A DNA stretch of 64,000 nt from NCBI GenBank assembly GCA_964482515.1, contig CAYZXT010000001.1:102403-166402 (forward strand), given 5' to 3'. Shown here piece after piece: positions 34,497 to 43,340 of this stretch. Both the position numbers and the translations under genes were made by a program. This DNA comes from an uncultured Elusimicrobia bacterium (GTDB lineage Bacteria; Elusimicrobiota; Elusimicrobia; FEN-1173). Below the pieces are notes generated by a model. That model was given only the letters and a program-made list of their open reading frames with translations, was not told the origin of the DNA and ran no database searches. The stretch's first letter is position 1, and each line of letters opens with the position of its first letter.

Positions 34497-35750
34497 TCAG
34501 TACACGAACTCCCGGATATCGTAGAGCGCCGTGACGGGCATCCGCCCGTCAAAGGACACCTTCGCTTTTTCGATGATGGCCTCCATCTGGCGGCGTTTTT
34601 CCTCGTCGGTGCAGGCCGTCCAGCCTTCCTGCGCCATCTTCCGGTCATAATCCGGCTCCGTCTGGATCGGCGAGAAATAAAGGATGTCCCGTTCGTCTAG
34701 GGGGAGGCTGTTCAGGAGGTCCGACGTCGCGCCGGTATGGGCGTCGCCGTTTTTCCGGCCTCCCAGGCCCAGCAGCGACACCAACCCCACGCTCATTCCC
34801 GCGGCTTTCACGCGCTCCACGGCCCGCCGCGCGTCGTCCGCCGTGCCGGGTTTGTGGGCCCAACGGCGCAGCGCGTCGTCCCCCGTTTCCAGCCCGATAT
34901 AGATCCGCCGCATTCCGGCCCGCCCCAAGTCCCTCAAATCCTCCGGCGACCATTGGAGGATCCGCCGCGCCTCGCCGAAACAATAGATGCCGCCGATGCC
35001 GTCTTTCTGGGGCCGCGCCTGTTCGGGGAAGACCCGCGCGAGCTCTTCGCACGTGCGCAGGAGAAGGTCCGCCGGCGCGTCCATGGCGTTGGCGTCGCCG
35101 AGGAATATGGAGCAGCGCCGCGGCAGGGAGGCGCCGAAATAATTTTTCACCTCGCTGATGTGCGACCGGATTTCCGCTTCGGTGCGGACGCGGGCGGGGC
35201 GGTCGCGGTAGAAATGGCAGAAGGCGCAGCGGTTCCAGGAACAGCCTTCGGTCACTTGGATGACCAGGGACAGATATTGGTCCGGCGGCAGGATGCCGAT
35301 GGGACGATAGACGGTTTTGAACATGATCTCATCTTCTGTCAGTGATTTGATGTTGTAGGCCAATAGCGAATTCAGGAGGTGGATCGTCCGGGTATCGGAC
35401 CCCTGGACTTTTTGGCCTTGCACGAGCATCTGGAGGTTCCCGGTTTCCTGCAGCCGCGGGACCTGGTCAAGGCATTTTTCCAGGACGCCGCAGAGCCGTT
35501 GCCGCACGAGCAGCGCTTCCTCTTCCGCGAGTAAGCGGATGCGCCGGGCCCGTCCGCCTTCCGGAAGCCATTTCTTTTCCACGAAACGGCCGTCCAGGCC
35601 CCGGACGAAATAGAGATCGTCCCAATTGATGCCGATGGGGCGGCCGCAAAGGTCGAAGGAAAGGGTCGCGCGCGGCGCCGCGACCAGGGAAATGGCCCGG
35701 CCCGTGAGCCCAATGGTCAGGTTTTGGATGGGGGACATGCCAATAATCAC
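34497..35750 (-). CDS. radical SAM-type protein with about 160-aa N-terminal domain of unknown function
   Basis: Cluster motif EGCSWNRCAFCHFY (spacing C-x4-C-x2-C as read from the translation), GDANAM, and a YIGLETGDD Elp3/MiaB-like barrel pattern. Confidence 0.75.
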   Translation of the reverse strand: MIIGMSPIQNLTIGLTGRAISLVAAPRATLSFDLCGRPIGINWDDLYFVRGLDGRFVEKKWLPEGGRARRIRLLAEEEALLVRQRLCGVLEKCLDQVPRLQETGNLQMLVQGQKVQGSDTRTIHLLNSLLAYNIKSLTEDEIMFKTVYRPIGILPPDQYLSLVIQVTEGCSWNRCAFCHFYRDRPARVRTEAEIRSHISEVKNYFGASLPRRCSIFLGDANAMDAPADLLLRTCEELARVFPEQARPQKDGIGGIYCFGEARRILQWSPEDLRDLGRAGMRRIYIGLETGDDALRRWAHKPGTADDARRAVERVKAAGMSVGLVSLLGLGGRKNGDAHTGATSDLLNSLPLDERDILYFSPIQTEPDYDRKMAQEGWTACTDEEKRRQMEAIIEKAKVSFDGRMPVTALYDIREFVY

Positions 35751-35905
35751 GCATCGGGGTGGCCAAAAACATTGCGATTTATAGGTTTATAACGTTTGTT
35801 GGATGGAAATGCGCAGCTTTCATGATTTAGATCATGGTTTTCCGACGGTGGCGGGAGTAACCTTGTACTCATTGATTTTCACGCGCGATATCCCGAGGGG
35901 GAAGC

Positions 35906-36163
35906 ATGGTAAAGACACCGCATTTGAACCTGATTTGGGGAAATGATGTGTTGGGCCTGCCTGAAATCCACACCAAATTAAGCGCATCCCGTCACGGCCG
36001 GATCGTGGACCTTGTCGTGGGATTGGACCGGATCGTCAGCGTTCGCGATGTCCTGCGGCAGGACGGCTGGGCGATCGTCAGCGTCGTCTCGCTGCCGGAC
36101 GAGGACGGGTTTCTGGTTCGGGCCCGCAAAAAATCCCGGATGGAAGCCGCAAAAAATTTTTAA
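35906..36163 (+). CDS. hypothetical small protein (85 aa)
   Basis: ATG is preceded by GAGGGGGAAG. No family recognised. This is only an ORF plus an RBS. Confidence 0.3.
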   Translation: MVKTPHLNLIWGNDVLGLPEIHTKLSASRHGRIVDLVVGLDRIVSVRDVLRQDGWAIVSVVSLPDEDGFLVRARKKSRMEAAKNF

Positions 36164-36241
36164 GACCGGAATGATTCCTTAATAAATTTGGTAAGCTCAA
36201 AGGGCTGACAAATTTTATCCTACTTCGCTGGGGGGAGTCCT

Positions 36242-36778
36242 GTGAATAAAAAGGTCGGACTATTTTTTCTCATGATGTTCAGCCTCATCGCCTGTAACAA
36301 GGTGTCCCAGCCGCCCGCCCTCTCACGCCAGTTCACAGACCAGCAACTCACCGCCGATTTTCCCTCGGACCTGGGGCCAGAGCGGATCGACGTTGCCGCC
36401 TACCCTCCCGAACAACAATCGGGTTACGACCTCTTCGTCCAAAAATGCGGCCAGTGCCACACGCTGGCGAGGCCCATCAACGCGGCCCTGAGCACCGAAG
36501 AGGAGTGGACCCGCTATATCGAGCGGATGCACGGAAAGGCGGAAAGCCGCTTCAAGGAAAAGACGATGACCGCCGATGAGGCGAAGAGGATCGTCGAGTT
36601 CCTCGTGTTCGACTCACGGGAGCGCAAATTGAACCACCCGCAGGAATTTCAACGGCAGCAGGAACAGCTCCGGGAAATGTTCAAGGCCGTCCAGGAAGAA
36701 CGGACGCGCGTTCAAAACCAGGAGGGCCGCGAGAAAGCCCGCGAATCCGCGCCCTATATGGGCGACAAACCTTCCTAG
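36242..36778 (+). CDS. monohaem c-type cytochrome lipoprotein
   Basis: GTG start after GGGGGAG. Lipobox LIAC. Single CGQCH haem motif with a distal Met candidate (IERMH). Confidence 0.7.
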   Translation: MNKKVGLFFLMMFSLIACNKVSQPPALSRQFTDQQLTADFPSDLGPERIDVAAYPPEQQSGYDLFVQKCGQCHTLARPINAALSTEEEWTRYIERMHGKAESRFKEKTMTADEAKRIVEFLVFDSRERKLNHPQEFQRQQEQLREMFKAVQEERTRVQNQEGREKARESAPYMGDKPS

Positions 36779-36923
36779 TGACGCTTTTCCAGCCCCGCGG
36801 TTCGACGCCAAACATCCATCCTGAAAAAAGTTTTCCCTATTTATGACGCCGGTCATAGTTGAACGTATGGACTTGTCGTATCTTTGAAGAGGAAGGACTA
36901 AGTTTTGTTTTGCATCGGGAGGG

Positions 36924-38213
36924 ATGCTTGACGAACGAACGTGTCGACAGCTGCGGAGCGATCGGATCATGATGCCGGCGAGCCCGCGGCTTATTTTTTG
37001 GGAAACCACGGCGGGCTGCAACCTCCGGTGCACCCATTGCCGCCGGCTCGACGTCATGGACGCCGTGTCCCGCGACGACATGGACACCGCCCGCGCCAAA
37101 GCCTTCATCGACGATATTTCCTCCCACTATAAACCCATCCTCGTGCTCTCCGGCGGAGAACCGCTTTTCCGAAACGATATTTTAGAGCTGGCCGCCCATG
37201 CCCGCGACCGCGGTCTGCGCGTGGCCCTCGCCACCAACGGCACGCTGGTGACGCGGCAGAAGGCCAAAGAAATCAAGGTGGCCGGCATCGCCCGCGTCAG
37301 CATCTCTTTGGACGGCGCGCGCCCCGAGTCCCACGACCGCATGCGCGGCGAGGGGAATTTCGTCCGCGCCCTGGAAGGCTTCCGCCACCTCTCGGAAGAA
37401 GGCGTCAGCCTCCAGGTCAACATGACCGTCACCCGCCACAACGCCCACGAGCTCCCCGAACTTTACGAGAAATGCCTGGACTTGAAAGCCGACGCCCTCC
37501 ACCTCTTCATGCTGGTTCCGGTGGGCTGCGGCGTTGAGATCGCGGACACGGACATGCTGCCCCCCGTGGAATACGAGAAATGGCTCAACTGGTTTTACGA
37601 CCGGGAATGGGAAGGCAGGATCGAGATGAAGGCCACCTGCGCGCCCCATTATTTTCGCATCGTCCGCCAGCGGTCGCACGAGCATGGCGGACTCACGCCG
37701 AGCCACCATCGCCAGATGTCCAAAGGCGGACGTCCTTCCACGTCCGAGCCCTCCGGCGTTGGCGCCGGCGAGAGCCACGGTCATCAGGCGCTGCACCAAA
37801 CGACCAAAGGCTGTTTGGCCGGTTCCGGCGTCGCCTTCGTTTCCCACAAAGGCGAAGTCTTCCCCTGCGGATACCTTCCCTTGACCGCCGGCAACGTCCA
37901 TCAGCAATCCTTTCAAGATATCTGGGAAAACTCCCCCGTCTTTCAAAAACTGCGCCAACCGGATCTGCTTGAAGGCAAATGCGGCGAATGCTCCTTCCGC
38001 TTCGTCTGCGGCGGTTGCCGCGCGCGGGCCTATTATCAAAGCGGCAGCGAACTCGCCGAGGAACCGTTTTGCGTCTATGAACCCCCGCATAAAGAACAAT
38101 CCTGCTGCGGCTCCGGCCAGGGGAATTGCGATTCGAAGGGTTCATGCCACGCTGCCGCGCCGGTCAATTTCCTCCGAGACATCCCGCATTTCCCCATCGG
38201 GGGGCGGCCATGA
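36924..38213 (+). CDS. radical SAM/SPASM protein of the AhbD/NirJ (haem b / haem d1 maturation) type
   Basis: FWETTAGCNLRCTHC (C-x3-C-x2-C). SPASM region GCLAGSGVAFVSHKGEVFPCGYLP...GKCGECSFRFVCGGCRARAY...EPFCVYEP. The start may instead be ATG 36969. Confidence 0.8.
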   Translation: MLDERTCRQLRSDRIMMPASPRLIFWETTAGCNLRCTHCRRLDVMDAVSRDDMDTARAKAFIDDISSHYKPILVLSGGEPLFRNDILELAAHARDRGLRVALATNGTLVTRQKAKEIKVAGIARVSISLDGARPESHDRMRGEGNFVRALEGFRHLSEEGVSLQVNMTVTRHNAHELPELYEKCLDLKADALHLFMLVPVGCGVEIADTDMLPPVEYEKWLNWFYDREWEGRIEMKATCAPHYFRIVRQRSHEHGGLTPSHHRQMSKGGRPSTSEPSGVGAGESHGHQALHQTTKGCLAGSGVAFVSHKGEVFPCGYLPLTAGNVHQQSFQDIWENSPVFQKLRQPDLLEGKCGECSFRFVCGGCRARAYYQSGSELAEEPFCVYEPPHKEQSCCGSGQGNCDSKGSCHAAAPVNFLRDIPHFPIGGRP

Positions 38214-39298
38214 ACGGATCGAATATTTTCCTCGTCGGCATCAGCCATAAAGACACGCACTTCTCCCTGCTGGAGAAAGTCGCCGTGCCCAAGGCGGGCC
38301 TGGCGGAAATGCTGCGCGAGGTGAAAGCGTTGGCCGAGCTGGACGAGGTCGTGATCGTCTCCACCTGCAGCCGCGTGGAGATCGCCGCGGTGGCGCGCAA
38401 TCCCAACGAAGCGGCGGAGCGTTTGCGGGGCTGGTTCCGCGGGCGGGGCGGGAACGGTCTCGCCGTATATACGCACGAAGGGGAGGACGTCGTCCGGCAT
38501 TTGATCCGCGTGTCGGCGGGGCTGGATTCCTGGATCATCGGCGAGTCAGAAATCCTCCGTCAGGTGAAGGAATCCTACGGCCAGGCGCTGGACGCCGGTT
38601 TTTCGGGGCGGTTCCTGAACAAGATTTTCCAGCGCGCCGTCGGTTCGGGCAAGGACATCCGCGCGGTGACCGGCCTGCAGAACGGCATCAAGTCCATCGG
38701 CGGCGCGGCGGCGCTCCTGGCGAAAAAGATTTTCGGCGAGATGACCGACGGCCGCGTGCTGGTGTTCGGTGCTGGCCAGGCGGCGGAAGCCGTGGTGCGG
38801 CACCTGCTCACGAAGAATTTCAAAGAGATCCTCGTGGCCAACCGCACGGTGGAGAACGCCCAATCGCTGGCCGCGTGTCTGGGCGGAAAGGCCCTGTCCC
38901 TGGAGGAGGGGCTCGAAGCCTTGGCGCATGCGGACGTCGCCGTGTTTTCCGCTTCGACCAATGATTATTTGTTGGACCCCGCCCTCCTTCAGCGCTACAC
39001 GGCCCGCCGTTCCCGTTCCCTTTTCCTCATCGACCTCGGCATGCCCCGCAACGTGGACCCGTCCTGCGGGGATTGCGAGGGCGTCTACCTATATTCCCTG
39101 GGCGAGTTGAAGAACGTGGTGGAGGAGAACACGGCGCAGAAATCGTCTTCCGTGGCCGAGGCCGAGGCCCTTTCCTCCCGGTTCGCGGACAAATTATGGG
39201 ATGAGTTATCACGGGCGTTTTCCATGACCGAAACGCCGTTGGACCTTGGCCTGCGTGTTCCCATGGCCGGGGCGGAAGAGGTTGCCGCTGTATCTTAG
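38210..39298 (+). CDS. hemA: glutamyl-tRNA reductase
   Basis: LVGISHKDT, active-site VSTCSRVEI, NADPH-binding VFGAGQAAEAVVRHL. The ATG overlaps the upstream stop (ATGA). Confidence 0.9.
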   Translation: MNGSNIFLVGISHKDTHFSLLEKVAVPKAGLAEMLREVKALAELDEVVIVSTCSRVEIAAVARNPNEAAERLRGWFRGRGGNGLAVYTHEGEDVVRHLIRVSAGLDSWIIGESEILRQVKESYGQALDAGFSGRFLNKIFQRAVGSGKDIRAVTGLQNGIKSIGGAAALLAKKIFGEMTDGRVLVFGAGQAAEAVVRHLLTKNFKEILVANRTVENAQSLAACLGGKALSLEEGLEALAHADVAVFSASTNDYLLDPALLQRYTARRSRSLFLIDLGMPRNVDPSCGDCEGVYLYSLGELKNVVEENTAQKSSSVAEAEALSSRFADKLWDELSRAFSMTETPLDLGLRVPMAGAEEVAAVS

Positions 39299-39331
39299 AT
39301 TTGACGCAGTCTTAAATATCAGGAGGAATCC

Positions 39332-40321
39332 ATGGACGTTTTAAACTTCAAAATGAAATGGGGACATGGATTGATGGTCGCCATCGCACTGGGGATCGCA
39401 GCGTTCTTCGGAACGCCGGGCATTTGCTCGGCCGAAGACGCGGCGACGCCGGCTGATGCGCCGTCGACGGTCCCCAGTTTCGTCGGGTCGGAGAGCTGCT
39501 TGGCGTGTCACGCGGACCAGGCTGCCTTCAAAGGAAGCATCCACGAGAAGGGCTTCCTCCATAAGAAAGGGCTCACGGGCGAACAGTCCTGCGAGACCTG
39601 CCACGGGCCCGGGTCCCTGCACGCGGACGCGGCCGGCGATAAAACCAATCCCGGCTTCGCCACGGTGACCGCGTTCATGAAGGCGTCCCCTTCCGCGGTC
39701 AACGAAAGCTGCCTGAAGTGCCACGACGACGCGGCGCAGTCCCATTGGAGCGGCAGCATGCACGAAGCCCGCGGGCTTTCCTGCCTTTCCTGCCACAGCG
39801 TTCATACCGCCAAGGCGGAAAAAAACCTACTGAAGAAGGCGAACGTGGAGGAGACCTGCTATCAATGCCATAAGGACGTGAAGGCGAAGATGAGCCGCTC
39901 GAGCCATCACCCCGTCAAAGAAGGCAAGATGTCCTGCTCGGACTGCCACCAGCCCCACGGCACCGAAGGCGTCAAGATGCTGACGGGCGGCACGCTCAAC
40001 GAGACGTGCTTCCAGTGCCACGCGGAAAAGCGCGGACCGATGCTCTTTGAACACAGGCCGGTCAGCGAGAACTGCGGCGCCTGCCACGAGCCCCACGGCT
40101 CCAACCACGGCAAGCTGCTGACCAAGAAGACGCCGTTCCTCTGCCAGTCCTGCCATTCCAACAGCCGGCACCCCGGCACGATGTACGCGGGCAATCCCGC
40201 CACGGCCGGGTCGGACAACTATCAGAAACTGAACAACCGGGCGGTCTACAGGAACTGCATGAACTGCCATTCGAACATACACGGCAGCAACCATCCGTCG
40301 GGCGTGTACTTTGTCAGGTAA
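39332..40321 (+). CDS. periplasmic decahaem c-type cytochrome, MtrA/DmsE/PioA/MtoA family
   Basis: Signal peptide. Ten CXXCH motifs counted in 329 aa (CLACH, CETCH, CLKCH, CLSCH, CYQCH, CSDCH, CFQCH, CGACH, CQSCH, CMNCH). MtrA-like C-terminus CHSNIHGSNHPSG. AGGAGG RBS. Confidence 0.85.
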   Translation: MDVLNFKMKWGHGLMVAIALGIAAFFGTPGICSAEDAATPADAPSTVPSFVGSESCLACHADQAAFKGSIHEKGFLHKKGLTGEQSCETCHGPGSLHADAAGDKTNPGFATVTAFMKASPSAVNESCLKCHDDAAQSHWSGSMHEARGLSCLSCHSVHTAKAEKNLLKKANVEETCYQCHKDVKAKMSRSSHHPVKEGKMSCSDCHQPHGTEGVKMLTGGTLNETCFQCHAEKRGPMLFEHRPVSENCGACHEPHGSNHGKLLTKKTPFLCQSCHSNSRHPGTMYAGNPATAGSDNYQKLNNRAVYRNCMNCHSNIHGSNHPSGVYFVR

Positions 40322-40334
40322 GGGGGGGCAACCT

Positions 40335-42515
40335 ATGAAAGCAATGAGATTCTTTTTGAGCGTCGCGCTGACGGCGCTCCTGGCGTTTCCGGCCCCTTCT
40401 TGGGCGATCGAAGGCGACGTGACGATGGGCGTGGAGGTTACTGCCGGGGATTACGACAACGCCAAGTTCCGGGAGTACCGCTACAACACCGATGGTCCCA
40501 TCAATGGTTATATGGATATTGAGATGACGGGCGAGCCCGGCGGCGCGCGGTTCTACGGGCTCAACCTGAAGACCCGCACGGCCGAGGACGTGGACCTGTC
40601 CCTCGAGACGGGGGCCTACGGGAAATACCGTTTCGGCATGGACTTCCGCCGCTTCGGCCACAACTTCGCCTTCGGGGCGAAGTCCCTCTACTCCGGGATC
40701 GGGAGCGATACGCTGACTCTCTCGGACAGCCTGCAAACAAGGCTGCAGCTGACCTCGGCGTCTGGCCTGCCGGCGGCGCTGCGTTCGGCGTTGAACGGCG
40801 CGGGGCTGGTGGACATCGGCCTGCGCCGGGACCAGGCCGGAATGGACCTGGCCTGGAACCTCTCGGACCCCCTGGCTTTCAATATGGCCGTCGACTACGA
40901 GAAGAGGAAAGGGGTCCGCCCCTTCGGAGTCGCCTTCGGCAGCCCCGGCGGCAACTCGGTGGAAATCTTCGAGCCCATCGATTACGACACCACCCGCCTG
41001 GAAAACGGCCTGGCCTATAACGGGAAGTCCTTCTCCGCCGGCATCCGGCATTCGCTGTCGGTCTTCACCAACGCCAACAGCTTCGTCCGGTATGATAACC
41101 CGCTCCGTTCGACGCCCAGCGCCACGCTCGGGCCTGTCGCCGGACAAACGGCCTTGGCGCCCGACAACATGGCCAACCATCTTTCCGCCTCCTTCAGCCA
41201 GAAGCTTCCCCTGCATTCGCGCGTGACGGCGACGGCGAGCGCCGGCTGGTTCCGGCAGAACGCCGACCTCCTGCCCGTGACCATCAACAGCGCGCTGACC
41301 ACGGTGGGTACGTCCCCCAGGAAAAGCGCCGAAGCCAAGGTGGACACGCGGAACTACGGATTGAGCCTCGCGTCCCGTCCGCTCAAGAAGCTCCACGTGA
41401 AAGCGGGCTACCGCTACGATTCCCACGACAACAACACGCCGGTCTACTCCATCTCCAACTGGTCCGTGAGCGACGCCAGCATCTCGGCCAGCCCCAAAAG
41501 CTCCAACTACGTGAGCGTGGTCAAGCGCATATCGGAAGTGGAAGCCGCTTACGACGTCTTCTCCAAGACAGTGCTGAGCGTCGGCGCCGAGAACGAGCAC
41601 GCCAACTTCGTGAACGGTTCGGCCGACAAGGAGAACGAGAACATCTACAAGGTCTCCCTGGACACCCGCAAGATCAAGGCGACCGACCTGCGGCTGACCT
41701 TCGAACATTCCAACAAAAACTCGGACTACGCCAATTACACCTCGGCCAACGCGGAGCTTCCCTGGATGCGCAAGTATTACGCGGCGTCCCGGGACCGCAA
41801 CCGGGCCATCGTCATGGCGTCGGTCTCGCCCTTCGACCGGCTGACCACGGGCGTGGAATATTCCATGGGAGCGGATAAATACCCGCAGTCGGCCTTCGGC
41901 ATCACGGACAGCGTTTTCCAGTCCGTTTCCGTCGATGCGGACTATGAGGTCACCGACCGTATCCGCGTGGCGCCCTTCTACACCTTCGAGTTCTACAAGA
42001 CCCACCAGCGGAGCCGGCAGTGGACGCCGGGCGCCATCGGCGATCCCTACGGCCAGTACACGGCCGTCGAAACGCCGAGCAACTGGACCCTGGAATACCG
42101 CGACGTGATCCATACGCCGGGAATCAACCTGGACGTGGTCCTGGTGCGCGAGAAACTGAACTGGAGCTCCCAGGGTTCCGTGGCGGTGGCGGACAACAAG
42201 CTGAACTTCGACAGCGGCGTCGGGACGGCGGCCAACGACGCCACGGCCTTCGTTCCCATCGACGCGAACGACGCCGACGACAGCTACCTCATGGCCCTCA
42301 ACACCCGGTTCGATTACGCGGTGAAGAAGGACGTGAGCGTGAGCCTCGGGTACGCCTACGAGCGCTGGAGAGTCCAGGACGATTACATCTATAACGGTTA
42401 TGTCCCGGTGGAAGTCACCGGCGCCGGGGCCTATGGAAATTTGACGACCATGGACACGATGTATAAGTCCTATAATGTCCATGCTGTGTATGTCCAAGGC
42501 TCCTATCGCTTCTAA
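40335..42515 (+). CDS. MtrB/PioB-type decahaem-associated outer-membrane beta-barrel
   Basis: It immediately follows the decahaem gene. Signal MKAMRFFLSVALTALLAFPAPSWA. About 700 aa of alternating-strand sequence rich in Y/D/N/S, with a C-terminal ...VYVQGSYRF. Confidence 0.75.
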   Translation: MKAMRFFLSVALTALLAFPAPSWAIEGDVTMGVEVTAGDYDNAKFREYRYNTDGPINGYMDIEMTGEPGGARFYGLNLKTRTAEDVDLSLETGAYGKYRFGMDFRRFGHNFAFGAKSLYSGIGSDTLTLSDSLQTRLQLTSASGLPAALRSALNGAGLVDIGLRRDQAGMDLAWNLSDPLAFNMAVDYEKRKGVRPFGVAFGSPGGNSVEIFEPIDYDTTRLENGLAYNGKSFSAGIRHSLSVFTNANSFVRYDNPLRSTPSATLGPVAGQTALAPDNMANHLSASFSQKLPLHSRVTATASAGWFRQNADLLPVTINSALTTVGTSPRKSAEAKVDTRNYGLSLASRPLKKLHVKAGYRYDSHDNNTPVYSISNWSVSDASISASPKSSNYVSVVKRISEVEAAYDVFSKTVLSVGAENEHANFVNGSADKENENIYKVSLDTRKIKATDLRLTFEHSNKNSDYANYTSANAELPWMRKYYAASRDRNRAIVMASVSPFDRLTTGVEYSMGADKYPQSAFGITDSVFQSVSVDADYEVTDRIRVAPFYTFEFYKTHQRSRQWTPGAIGDPYGQYTAVETPSNWTLEYRDVIHTPGINLDVVLVREKLNWSSQGSVAVADNKLNFDSGVGTAANDATAFVPIDANDADDSYLMALNTRFDYAVKKDVSVSLGYAYERWRVQDDYIYNGYVPVEVTGAGAYGNLTTMDTMYKSYNVHAVYVQGSYRF

Positions 42516-42533
42516 AGAAAGAGGGATCAACTC

Positions 42534-43196
42534 ATGAATCAATATTCGAAATCAGTTTCCATCGTGGCCGCCGGTTTGTTGTGCCTGTCCGTTTCGGCTT
42601 TCGCGGCGGACGGCAAGGCGGTCTACGAACAGAAATGCGCGTCCTGCCACGGCAAGGACGGCAAGGGCAATCCGAAGATGGCCACCGTGTTCAAAGTGGA
42701 CAACGCTCTTTTGGACATGACTAAAAAGGCCACCACGGACAAATCCGAGGCGGAACTGGTCGACGTCACGAAAAAAGGCGTGGGTAAGATGCCCGCCTAT
42801 GAGGGAAAACTGACTGAGGCGGAGATCGCCGCGTCCGTTTCATACATGCTGAGCCTGGCGGGCGGATCGTCTTCAGCTTCGGCCCCGGCCGCGGATAAGC
42901 CCGCCGCCCCGACGGCCGCCAAGGCGGATACCGGCGCTGCAGCCGGCGTCTATCAGTCGAAGTGCGCGTCCTGCCACGGCAAGGACGGTAAGGGGAATCC
43001 ATCGATGGCCAAAGTTCTTAAACTGGACGATGCAGCCCTGGACCTGACCGACGCGGCCACGCAGGGGAAATCCGAAGCGGACTTGACGGCGATCACGCAT
43101 AAAGGCGCGGGGAAGATGCCCGCCTACGAGGGGAAACTGAAGGACGGGGAAATCACGGCCCTCTCCGCTTACATTAAGTCCCTCGGAGGGAAATAG
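42534..43196 (+). CDS. dihaem class-I c-type cytochrome (tandem duplicated domain)
   Basis: Signal peptide and two near-identical units (KCASCHGKDGKGNP...GKMPAYEGKL...EI) joined by an Ala/Pro-rich linker. Confidence 0.85.
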   Translation: MNQYSKSVSIVAAGLLCLSVSAFAADGKAVYEQKCASCHGKDGKGNPKMATVFKVDNALLDMTKKATTDKSEAELVDVTKKGVGKMPAYEGKLTEAEIAASVSYMLSLAGGSSSASAPAADKPAAPTAAKADTGAAAGVYQSKCASCHGKDGKGNPSMAKVLKLDDAALDLTDAATQGKSEADLTAITHKGAGKMPAYEGKLKDGEITALSAYIKSLGGK

Positions 43197-43340
43197 ATCC
43201 CGCATTTGGGCGTTTGCGTCCGTCGCTTGGACGCATTCAATAAAACCGGGGGAGGGGTCTGAGGGAGGAAAGCTTGTGGTCCAGGGGGCCATGGGAATTC
43301 TTCAGCGGATCGCTCCCCCGGATTGTTTTCGGGGACTGTT

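Noticed and set aside
36797-36809. GCGGTTCGACGCC, a T-arm-like string suggesting a tRNA in the gap before the AhbD-like gene.
   Set aside because: No acceptor stem, D-arm or anticodon arm can be drawn around it. The flanks are unstructured and AT-rich.
40314-42542. A 742-aa antisense ORF opposite the MtrB-like barrel. Similar ORFs occur at 43302-45131, 45327-46262 and 57319-59772, opposite the cytochrome and RND genes.
   Set aside because: The + strand products carry haem motifs, a beta-barrel signature or AcrB motifs, and they have RBSs. The antisense products are low-complexity with no motifs.
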